From: an uncultured Deinococcales bacterium
Lineage (GTDB): Bacteria > Deinococcota > Deinococci > Deinococcales > JAAFIG01
Direction: 5' to 3'
Length of the DNA: 38,185 nt
Assembly: GCA_964244895.1 (NCBI GenBank)
Contig: CAXTKV010000022.1
Location: 1 to 38,185, forward strand
In this document: positions 8,428 to 21,600 of the stretch, in pieces
How positions within the stretch are numbered: the stretch's first letter is position 1
Layout of the letters: each line of letters opens with the position of its first letter
Translations under genes and position numbers: made by a program
Notes under the pieces: model-generated
Told to the model about the DNA's origin: nothing
What the model saw: the letters and a program-made list of their open reading frames with translations, nothing else
Databases searched by the model: none

Positions 8428-9914
8428 TCACTTCTTGGCCTTGATGTCCTTCGGCGCGATGCCCCAGTGGGCCAGCACTTCCTCCGCGATCTCGCGGAAG
8501 ACGGGCGCGGCCACCAAGGATCCGTGAATCTGCTTTTTCGGGTTGTAGATTTCCACCACCATCGTCACGCGCGGTTTGTCGCACGGAAAGAAGCCCGCGA
8601 AGATCGCGCCGAAGACATCGCTCGAGTAGTGACCGTTGATGGCCGTCTGCGCCGTACCCGTCTTGCCGCCGATGCAGTACCCCGGGATCACCGCCAGGTG
8701 CGGCAGGCCGTCCTCGACGGCGGCGCGCAGCATGTCGCGCGTGGTGCGGGCCGCCTGGACGCTCAGGATGCGTTTGGACGGCGCAGCCGGCCCGCCCTCG
8801 ATCAATCGCGGCGGGATCAGCAGACCGTCGTTCATCAGCACGCTGAAGGCGGTCGCCAGTTGCAGCGTCGTGGTCGATTCGCCCTGACCGAAGGTCGCGG
8901 TCGCGTGATCGATCGGTCGCCACGTCCGCCAGTCGCGCACCAGCCCGCGCGCCGGCGATGCGCCCTCGAGCTCGATCGGTTGGCCGAAGCCGTACTCCGT
9001 CAGGTACGCGTGCAGGGTCTGGGCGGACAGACGGTTTTCGGTCAGCTTCGAGATGCCCACGTTGGATGAATATCGCAGGACTTCCTTGAGCGTCAGCACG
9101 CCCTTGTGCCTGATCGCGTCGTTGATGATGTGACCCGTGACGTTGCGCCACATCGGGGCCTCGACGGTCGTGTCCGGCGTGGCCGCGCCCTCGTTGACCA
9201 GCGCCGCCGCGACCAGGGCTTTCATGGTCGAACCCGGCTCGAACTGGTTGCGGAACGGACGGTTCAACCACTGCGCACCGTCGTAACGCTCTCGGCGTTC
9301 CGGGTTGAACCGCGGGTAACTGGCCACCGCCAGCAGGCGTCCCGTCCCCGCCTCGAGCGCCACGACGCTGCCCGCGTCGGCGTTCTGGTCGAGAATCTGT
9401 TTTTCCAGGGTGGCCTCTGCGGTCGCCTGAATCGTCGGGTCGATCGTCAAGGTGACATCCTGACCCGCGCTGAGGGTTTTTTCAGAAAAATACTCGACGC
9501 CCTCTAAACCCTTATCTCGGCCCTTGAATCCCAACACCTGACCCGCCAGCGAACCCTGAGGGTAGCGCCGCACCTGTCCCGCCAGCAGTTCCGCGCTCGA
9601 GATGCTCGAGTCGCCCTTGCGGGGCTCGAAGCTTTCAGCCATGACGGTGCCGTCGCGCAAGCGAATCGTTCCGCGCAGGTGGCCGGGCGTGACGGTGGCT
9701 TCGGCCAGGTTCCATTCCAGTCGGGCGTAACTGACCATCAGCGCGCCGACCGCCAGCACCATCAGCGCGCCCAGGAACCGCACCCGAGAACCGATCACCT
9801 GCGGCCCGGAGAGTTCCGGGAAGACCATCTGGGACGCATTATCAGGAATGCCGTCCTGGACGGTACTCTTGGCTTGCGTCTGGGCTTTGGCGGGCTGACC
9901 TGGACGTTCGCGCG

Positions 9915-9924
<10 letters not shown>
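8428..9924 (-). CDS. ftsI: Class B penicillin-binding protein (FtsI/PBP3-like transpeptidase)
   Basis: Catalytic motifs STMK (SxxK), SSN (SxN) and KTG, plus an N-terminal TM helix. Start set at ATG 9924, overlapping the ftsL end. Confidence 0.92.
9821..9866. repeat. Palindromic repeat doublet inside the ftsI coding sequence
   Basis: aagaccatctgggacgca-ttatcagga-atgccgtcctggacggtac, translated as STVQDGIPDNASQMVF. Confidence 0.85.
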
Positions 9925-11556
<1,632 letters not shown>

Positions 11557-11703
11557 GGCCAACTCCTGAGCTGAAGTGAGAACGGAAGTGTCAGTCCAGT
11601 GGTTTGGGGGCTGGCTCCCACCAACTCCCACCCGGAATCCCCTGACTCGAGTTCAAGAACATTGAGCATTGCGCCTGGGAAACGGGTTTTGTGCAACGCA
11701 GTG

Positions 11704-11765
11704 ATGGTAACACAAGTCTCCCACCATTTACCACCAATCTCCACTTTCTCTCCACCTCAGGCCAC
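11704..11765 (-). promoter_or_regulatory. dcw promoter (extended -10 TGTTACCAT) with an array of putative MraZ boxes
   Basis: GTGG (plus-strand ccac) at 11721, 11731, 11741, 11752 and 11762, a ~10-nt period, directly upstream of TGnTACCAT at 11712-11704. Confidence 0.75.
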
Positions 11766-11827
11766 TTTTCAGGCTTTTGTATCGGCGCGACCACCCGAGA
11801 ACCTCGCCAGGACTCGAGCATCAAAAA

Positions 11828-12089
11828 AACATCATTCTGGACGATGTTTGATGCGCCTCAGAAGTACCGTGGGGGACGGTCCTCTCGAGCGTCATCCTGA
11901 GATACGAAGCTCGAAAAGAAGCTACTTTATGCGTCTGGAACAGTAAAATCCGAAACCCAAGACTCGAGCGGACGCGTTCCCCACAGATTCCCAACGCAAC
12001 TCGGGTTCTCCCCACCTCGCCCCACGAATCGAGCCGCGATCAGCAATACCGTCGTGGACGCGTTTCCTAAATCACGTCCAGGACGGTCT
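11828..12089. repeat. Cluster of about five degenerate palindromic repeat units
   Basis: Units at ~11828-11848, 11864-11881, 11929-11945, 12044-12063 and 12073-12089 (cacgtccaggacggtctt). Confidence 0.75.
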
Positions 12090-12101
12090 TTTTGGTACAC
12101 C

Positions 12102-12130
12102 AAGACGAAACCCCGCCATCTCTGACGGGG
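12102..12130 (-). terminator. Probable intrinsic terminator of rnpB
   Basis: CCCCGTCA-GAGA-TGGCGGGG hairpin followed by TTTCGTCTT on the minus strand. Confidence 0.65.
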
Positions 12131-12527
<397 letters not shown>

Positions 12528-12531
12528 CGAA

Positions 12532-12540
12532 AGTGTAGCA
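12532..12540 (-). promoter_or_regulatory. Extended -10 promoter of rnpB
   Basis: TGCTACACT a few nt upstream of the RNA 5' end. Confidence 0.7.
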
Positions 12541-12682
12541 CCTGAGGGCGGACTTTCACCCTCGAGCGAATCGAGAAGACTCGTTTGCGCGAGCTCTCGA
12601 GCCAGCGCGACAGCGGTCGCACCTCCTCAGCATGACGGTGCGATGACTCGGGTAAAGACGCGAAGCTCGAGACAATGCGCCT

Positions 12683-15600
12683 TCAGAAACGAAACGCCAG
12701 ACCCAACCGAATCGTCACGCCGAAACGCTTGTCGCCGTCCGTCACCTGCTGCAAGGAGGTCGTCAACGATGTCAGGCTGGAAAAGTTGTACGACGCGCTG
12801 ATTTCGGAATTGTTGATGCCCGCGTCCGCGCCACCGAGCTGAATCGGGATGAACAAGCGCAGGCTGAAGCGGTTGTCGTCGGTGGTGTAATTCAGGTTGA
12901 CCACGGTGCGCCCGGTGGTGTCGATCTGGTATTGCAGGTACACCTGGCGGTTCAGATAGCCGCCGAAACTGAAGGCGATTCCGACCTTGTTGCGCTCATC
13001 CTGGGTCAGGTTCTGATCCAAGAGATCGAGCACGTTGGTCGAAATCTGCACGTCGATGCCGGTGGCTTGCCGGAAGGCGCGCGTGAATTCGCTCAGCACG
13101 AACACGTTCAGCACGGTGTTCAAGGCGCTCTGGCCGAATCCCACCAGCGGATCGAGCCCTCTGGAACTGCCCAGCGTCGCCAGGCCGTAGAGTTCGGCCT
13201 GGGACAGACAGTTCGGGCGGGTCGAATCGGCGTTGGTCGGGCATGGGCCGTTCTCGTCGTACTGCACCAGGTTCGTCTCGAGATCGTAACGAATCTCGCC
13301 CAGCGCGTTGCGCGTGAAGCGCACCGTGATGTCCAGATCGACCTGGAAGCTCCGCCTGTTGGTGGACGTGCCCGTGCGAACTTCCGTGCGGCCTTTGGCG
13401 CGCACCAGCGGCAGGATGCCGTCCACCGGGGTGAAGGTCGCGCTGGAACTCTGGATGGCGTAGGTGTACGGCCCAATCGTGAGGCTGCCCTTGTTGCCCG
13501 TCCCTTCCAGGGCACCGTTCAATTGCGGATTGGAGGCCGTGCCCGTCAGGAGCAACTGGCCACCCACTTCGACGTTGGCGAAGGATTCCTGCAAGCGCAA
13601 GCCGCTGGGCGCGTTGATCCGCACGCCCTCGAAACGCACGCGGTCGTAGATCGAATCGCGGCGGGGCGCGTCCGATTCGGACAGCGAGACGGCTTTGGGA
13701 TCTTCGGGTTTCTGATCGGTCGCGTCGCGGTTGGCGCTCGAGGAGGCCAGCACGCGCGCGATGTCCGCGCTGCCCGTGATGACGTAATCGCGACCCTGGC
13801 TGACCAATCGCAAATCCGCGTCCAGCAGGCTTTCGCGCACGAAGTAGGTCGGCACGGCGAACTCGAGGTTCTTGCCGGAAAAACGCAGGTCGAGCTTCGG
13901 CGAGATGTTGCCCGTGAGCGTGAACGGCCCCTGACCTTTCTTTCCGGTAACGTTTAGCTTGAAGCCGCCGGATTGACCGGAGGCTTCCGCCACGACATCC
14001 TCGAAACGCCCGACGGGTTTGATGTCGAGCGCACCGACCGCGCGGGCGGACAGTCCCTCGAGTTGAATCGGGTTGAACGACGCGATCCTGGCGCGCAGGG
14101 TCGTGTCCAGCTTCGCGCCGAGCGTCTCGTCGGAGGTGATCGCGCCCGAAAGCTCGAGCGCGCCGTCCTGGAGCGATCCGTTCAATGATTTGGCAGCCAG
14201 GTTGATGCTCGCGAAACGCGCGCGCAAATCTTCGACGCTCAACTTGGCGCGCGGGTTGAGGTAATCGCCGCTGAAGGTCAGTTTGAGCGTCCCCCGCGCG
14301 CTCGGATCGACATCCTTGAGGGCTGGGATCAAGGCCAGGATCGGCGAGAAGGTCGTGTCCTTGAATTCCAGCGACAGGTTGACCCCGTCCGGCGCGTACT
14401 TGCCGGAACCGCGCCACGAGCCCGCACCGTCGAGCTTCAGATCGTCCAGTTCAATGCCGCCCTTGCGATAGTAAAGCGCCCCCGAACCCTTGAGCGTGTC
14501 CCCGCCGCCGGTCAGTTCGACCTTCTCGAGCGCCAGGCGCAGATTCCCGTCCAAGGGGCGCGCCAACGGCAGGGTGTAGCGCGCCAGGCCGCTGACCAGC
14601 GCCGCGCCGGGCAGCGGGCCGGTGAACGCGCCCAGCAGGGCGTGCAGGGGCGTGCGGTTGAGGTCGAGGCGTCCGGTCAGTTCGCCGCCCGTGATGACCC
14701 CGCTCAGGAACGAATCGCCGTAATTCGCGTCCGTGCTGCGGGCGTTGACATCGCCCAGCGTGCCCGAAAAGCGCAAGTTGCTGGTGCCGGAGGCCGTACC
14801 GGACAGGCTCAGGCGCACCTTGACCGGATCGCCCGTGGCGGGCAGGGTCAATTCAGGAATCGCGAGCTGAAAGGTCGAAACTGCGTCCGAAACCTGCACC
14901 ACGCCCGAAGCGCGACCGCTGACGTACGGTGCGACCGCCTTGAAGGGCGCGATGTCCTCGAGCCGCACGGCGTCCAGTCGCGCCCTGGCCGAATACCCGA
15001 TCTCGCCGGGGGCGCGACCCGTGTAGGCCTGAAGGGCCGGGATCACGTCGGACAGTCCGCCCGTCGCGTCCTCGAGCGTGACGCGCCCGCCGAGCGCTTC
15101 GGCCACGCCATCCGCGCGGAAGCTGTCCCCTTCCAGCGCGACATTGCCCGTCAGGCTGGCCTCGATGCCGGAGACGTTCAGTCTGAGGGCATCCAGCTTG
15201 ACGGTTCCGCGCACGCCGTTTGCGCCGAGTTCCAAGTCGCCGTCGGCGCTGCCGCGATCCTGGGTTTTCAAACGCACCTGAGCCGTTCCCGTCCAGCGGT
15301 TCTGGCGGCGCGTCAGGTCAGCCTGGATTGCACCGGGCGATCCCTTGTAGTCCAGGCGGGCGCGTTCGGACTGTCCGGGCTGGTTGGCGTAACTGACCGC
15401 GCCCGTACCGTCGAAGACCCAACCGACGATCGGCACGGCCAAAGGCGTCTCGACCTCGTTCCAGGTGAGCGCCGCCGTGCCATCGAAACCGAAGGAACCG
15501 GTGCCGCGCTTCAGGTTGGTTTCTATGGCGATCAGGCCGCCGTAACCCGCCAGCCCGAGCGCACCCAGATCGAGTCCGTCCGCGCGCCCCGTCAACCGAT

Positions 15601-18600
15601 CCTGGGTGAGTTTCAGCGTGCCCGAACGCGTTCCGTCCGAAAGTTCGATCTGGCCATTCAGCGCGCCGCCCTGAAGCGCCAGATCCACGATCGCGCGCGC
15701 CGCGTTGCGGCTGGCGGTCAGCTTGGCTCGCGGATTTTGCAGCGTGCCGCTCGCGTCGAGCGTCAACGCCGTCGCACCGGAGGTGTACTTCAAGCTGCCT
15801 TTGATCGCGCCACCCGAGAGTTCGATGGTTCCGCTGCCGTTTTCTGGCCCCTTGTCCGGGTTGGTCAGCCCGACGCTGGCCGAGAGCGGGCTGAGCTTTG
15901 CCCCCAGATCGAGCTTGACGCCCGCGATCAGGCCGTTGCCCTGAAGCTGGGGCGCGCCAAACGGCCCGAACAGTTTCAGTCGCAGCGTGCCCGCGTTGGC
16001 GTCTTCGGCAGCCGGATTCGCTGCGGCAGGCGTGGTTGGGGTGCCGTTCTGGGCGGTATTCGCGGAGGCTTTATTTTCAATCGGCACGTTTTCCAGTGCG
16101 CCGCGCGGCAAACCGCTCAACTCGAGATCGCCGTCCCAGTCGCCGTTCGGTTTGCCGGTCGCCCGCACCTGCAGCGGCAACCCGCCGAGCGCACCCCGCA
16201 GGTTCGCCTGGATACCGCCGTCGTAGCGTCCGTCCAATGCACCGTTCGCCCAACCTTCCAGGGCACCATTGAAGCGCACGTCCATCGCGTCCGTTTTTCC
16301 CTGCGCGTCCAGGCGGATGCGCAGGCCGCCCGCGCTGATGGGGAGCTTCTGAAGGTTGAGGTTTTGACCGTCCCAGACGGCCTTTCCGCCATCGTAGGAC
16401 GCCGTCAGGGACAGGGGTTTCTCTTGCCCGACCGCCAGGTCGCCGTTCAGCTGGGCATCGGCCAGGCTGACCCCGGCGTACCCAGCGCTCTCCAGCCGCC
16501 CCGTCAGGTTGGCCTGGGGTCGCGTCAGGGTTCCAGCCAGCTTGATGGCACCGACCGCGCTTCCCTGGGCATTCTCGAGCAGCTGAATGAGGTTCCCACC
16601 GAATTTCAGATCGCCCGTCAGTTTCGGCTCGAGCGAACCGGCTCGGGCTTCGAGCCTCACCTCGCCGCTTAACATCTGGTTGCCGAGGCTGTAGCGCCCG
16701 TCGCCCTGAGCCTTCAGATTGAAGCTCGAGAGCGCTTTTGGCAAGTTGGTTTCTAACTTTGCATCACCTTCGAGCTTCGGCCACGCGCCCTGCAATTGCG
16801 CGTCCAGCCCGTACCCGCGCCAGCGTCCCGAGCCGCGCAAACCCAGATGCGGGGCGGTGCTTTTCAGGTCGTGCGCCTCGAGCGTGAACCGTCCGGTGGC
16901 CGCGCCGCCCAGCGCGATTTCTGCGCTCAGCGCCGGATCGAGCAATTTGCCCGATGCCCGGACGTTCGCGTTGGCGGTGATGTCCGTCGATTTCGCGCCG
17001 AAGGCCGTCAGGTTGAGCTGACCGCTGACATCGGGGTCGATGAGCGCACCGCGCAATTCCAGGTTGGCCGCCGCCCGCCCGAGCAACCCGAGCCCGAGTT
17101 GGGCGAGGTTCGCGCCGTTGAGCGCGACCTTGAGCGCGTCGCCGCTCGCGCCGAGCTTGCCGGTCACGCGCGCCTGAGCCTCCAGCGCACTGAGATTCAG
17201 GTCGGCCTCGAGCCGCTGGCCTTTGAGGTTGGCGCCGCTTATGTTGACGCTGCTCAGGTTGGCGCTGCCGGTGGCGCTGATTGCACCGATGGTCTCGAGT
17301 ACAGCTTTCAGATCCAGTCCCGTGGCGCGCAGCGTCCCGTCGCGGCTCGAGGCGCTGAACGCGCCGCTGGCGTTCAGGTTTTGCAGCGGCGCGGGCAGGA
17401 TGCTCGAGTCGAGCGCCAGTTGGCTCAAGCGTCCCTCCGCGTTCCAGTCAGCACCATCCAGCGCAGCGTTAAGGTTAATGCCGTCCCCAACGATGTTCCC
17501 ATTGACTTTGCCGTCCAGGTATCGCGCGTTCAGGCTGGCCTCGAGCGCTCCCGAAAGGCGACCATCGAGCCTGAGCGTCGGCGCGTTCCAGTCTCCAGCG
17601 AGCGCGCCCGTGGATTCGATCCACAGCGCGTCCGGCTTGCCCCAGAGCGCCCCCACGTCGAAGCGAGAGAGGCGCAGCGCACCATCCAGCGGCCCGTCCA
17701 GCCGCGCGGGCAGGCTGGCGGTCAGTTTCGCACCGCGCCAGTCCAGCCCGACCTCGAGCGCACCGCGTCCCGTCAGGCTGGCGTTCAGGGGGCGGCCCAT
17801 GACCTCGCCGCGCGTGTTCAGGCCGCCGTCGAAACCGCCCTGTTCGTTCCAGCGCAAGCGCCCCTTGACGGGCAGGTTCGCGCCCGACCAGATCACGGGC
17901 GCGTTCAGGGCCAGATCGAAATTTTCCAAGCCACCGCCCGCAGCGTTCGGGATCGTGCCGCGCAGGTTGCCGTTGAGCCGTTCACCGCCCAATCCGATGT
18001 CGAAAGCCTCACCCTGAAGGCTGGCGGTGATGGTCGTGCCGGGCGCGATCAGCCCGGTCTTGGCGGCGTCCAGGGTTCCCGTCAATTTGACGGACGGTTT
18101 CTGGAGCGTCCCGGTGACGCTGCCGCCGATCTTGCCGGGCGCGTACCCGAGCGTGCTGCTGCCCTCGACCTTCAGCCCGAGTTCCGGCAGCACGCCGCCC
18201 GTGGCGCGCAGGTCCAGCCCGTCGCGTTTGGCCATGATCGCATCCAGGTTGAGCGCGCCGCCGTCAAACGTGGCCGCCCCGGTCACATCGAAACCCGCGA
18301 CCGAAGCGCGCAGATCGTGCGCGCGCACGCGCAGGTTGCGCCCCTCGAGTTCCGCGCTCAGGTTGCCGTTCACGCCCGCGATTTCGTTCAGGTCGGTGAT
18401 TCCCAGGTGACCCGTCAAGCCGACACCGTTCGCGTCCAGTGTGCCGTTTGCACTACCGCTGGCCGTCGCCCAGGTCGCATTCAGATTAAGGGCATCACCG
18501 GAGACGTTGGCGGTCAGGCGCGCGCTTTTCTTCATGAACGTTCCCTCGAGCGAGAGTCGCGCGTCGCGCCGCTCGTTCAGCTGCCCGCGCAGTTTGCCAT

Positions 18601-21600
18601 CCAATCCATCGAGCTTCAAGGTCGCGTCCGCCAGCGGGTAGAGCGGCCCGTTGACGGCGAATTTCAGATCACCGGGCAATATCCCGGACAGCGCCGCACC
18701 CAGGTTGCCATCCTGGAGCTCGACCATGCCCGCGCCGCGCACGCCCTCGACTTCTGCGCCGTCCAGCACCAGCGCCGCCTGACCGCGCTCGATCGACCAT
18801 CCCGGCAGGCTGGCCGCGCCGCGCGCCCTGCCCTCGGCGCGCAAACCGATCAGGCGCAAAATCCGCAAATCCAGGTCGATCTTCGGCGCGTTCAATCCGT
18901 TCCGGTCGGCCTCGAAGCGCGTTTTCGAGCTCTGCGCTCCGGTGCCCAGCCCGACCTCGCCGCTCGCGTTCCACGTTCCCTGATTCCACGCGCCCGTCAC
19001 GGACAGAGACGCCGCTTGATCGTCCACGCGAGCGTTCACCAGCGCGCCCGTGCCGCGCAACGAGAGCGGTTCTAGCGAGCCGTTGGCCGTGAACACCGCC
19101 CTGCCGGATTGCACGCGGGCGCGCAGGTCGGCGGGCAACGCGCCCGAAGCACCTTTCAGGTCGATCCCGCCCGTCAACGCGATCTCGCGCCTCGAAACAG
19201 AACCCGCCAGCGCGATCGGTCCGCGCGTCTCGAGGTTGGCGGTCGGGTCGGTCAGCGCGCCCGCCAGCGTCACGTCCGCGCGACCCAGACCGTCCCAGGC
19301 GCGGTAGGCCAGGCTCAGGCCGCCCGACCAGCGTTGATCATCGAAGCGCACGCGTTCGTCGTCGCGGCGCAATTCGAGGCGCAGTTCCGACCCGATACGG
19401 GCGGTGAGTTGCGCCCGGACTGGCTCGAGTCTGGCCGTGCCACCCGGCAATCCGATCTGGTAGGCGCTCACCTCAACCGTGCCATCCGCCTGAAGACCGT
19501 CTGAGACGCGAATCGTTCCTTGCGTCTGGAACGGTGTCTGCGGCGTGGAGCGCCACGATGCGCCCGTCACGGACAGCGGGAAGCGCCAGCGTTGCGCGTT
19601 GACCTCGAGCGGTACGGGGCCGCCCAAGGCGCCATCGAAACGCCCGTCGTCGCGCCAGTTGGCACTGACTGGCAATCCCGCCAGTTGACCGTCGATACCA
19701 CCTTCGATCAGGCTTTTCTCGAGGCTCAGGGAACCGCTCAGATTGCCGTCAGCGCCGATCAGACCGCCCGGATTGAAACCGTTCAACTCGAGCTGGCCCT
19801 GAGTGTCCGACGCGAATTTCAGTCTCGCCAGGCCGCCGCTCGCGTCTTTGACCGACGCGCTCAGTCGGTAGTCGGCGCCCTGACCCTCGAGCGCGCCATC
19901 GAGCATCGCGGCGGGTTCGCCCAGACTGGCGCCGAAGCTCAATCCGTAACGCAATTCCGGCAGGCTGGCGCGACCATCGAGGGTGATCGTCGTGGACAGG
20001 TTTTCCGGCAGTTTCAGGCCCGCCGCGACCTCGAGCAAGCGCGTCGGCGCGCGACCGCGAAGGCGCAGATCGGACCACGGCCCGGAGGCGTTGAGACGCC
20101 AGTCCCGACCCGTGAGCGCGAGTTGCGCGTTCCCAGTCCAGCCCGCCTGCGGTTTTTCGAGGTTCAGCCCGAGCGCACCGCGCAGGCTGCCGCTGATGAG
20201 CTCATCCTTGACCGTTCCCGTCAGTGCAGCCCGCAGGTCCGTCTCGAGCCTGGAATTGGCCAGCTTGAGCGCGGCGATCAGCGGTGCGGCGCGCAGCACG
20301 CCTTCCGGCCTTCGACTGAAGGCCAGAGCCGCGTTCAGGTTCACGTCCAGCTCGCCGTCGGGCGCGAGGCCAGCGCGGATCGTGTAGCGCTCGAGTTCGA
20401 TGTCCTGCCCTTCCAGACGACCATTCAGGCGCGCCCCACTCGCCGAGACCTCGAGCCGTCCATCCTTGAATGTGGCGCTCCCGTTCAGGCCGCGCAACAG
20501 AATCGGCTCGTCCCGGTAACGCCCCTCCAGATCGCCCGCGTAGTGCGCTGTGAACGCACCATCCCGGAAGCTCACCTGGGTCAGCGACAGCATCCGCGAA
20601 GTACCCGGAGGTGATCGGACGAATCCAGACGCGCTGATCGCGCCGTTCCGCACGCGCCCACCCAGGTGAACGCGCGGCTTACCCAGATCGATTCCCGCCG
20701 CGCTCAGCGCTTCCAAGCCCGGTAGTTCGTCCGCGAGGGCACCGTCCACCGTGAAACCGATGCTCGAGAACGCGCCCGTGGCGCGCGCCTTCAGACCGCG
20801 CCACGATGCGCGCGCGTCCAGACCGGGCAGCACCTGCCCTTCGAGCGAGAGCCCAGAAAAGGTTCCGCCCGTCACCCGAGCGCTGGCCGTGACGGCGCTA
20901 CCGCGCAGCACGGCTCGACCGGACACGGGGAAGTCCGCGTAGCGACCGCTCAAAACCGCGTTCCCGATGGTCTTGTTGAAATCCACAGAGACCGACCCGG
21001 ACAGCTTCCCTCTGGCATTGGGCGGCAAAATCGCGTCCAGCGCGGCCAGATCGAGGCTGCCGGAGGCGACCGGTCGCCCATCCTGAAGGCGCAGCCGCAC
21101 CGTCCGATCCGCGCCGCTCGAGATCGTGCCCGAGACGGCGAGCGCCTCGTTCAAATCGACCTGGATCGTCCCGGAAAGCGGCGCGCGAAGTCTGCTGGTC
21201 GGTCGCACCTGGAGCTTCAGCGCCAACGGTTGCAGCGTTCCGGAACCGTTCAGACGCGCCGTGATCGCCTGATACACCAGGTTGCCGTCCAGCGAAACCC
21301 GATTTCCGTTCGCCGTGGCGCTGATTTGCCCGAGCGACCCGACCCCGCGCAACTGCCCCGACAGCTTCCCACCCGCGATGCCGTACCGCAGGTCGCCGAC
21401 GAGCTTCAAGTCCTGACCGATCGCGCTCGCGCGCCAGCCGTTCGGTCGCGCCCGGATCGCGTCTCCGTCGAAGCCCAGACTGATTTGCGGCGCATCGAAG
21501 CTCGCCGAGATGGTCGATCCGACCGACACCGAGAACGGCCCGGCCACGGGATCAAAACTGACCCCGCCCGCACCGATGTTTGAAACCGCCAGCCGACCAT

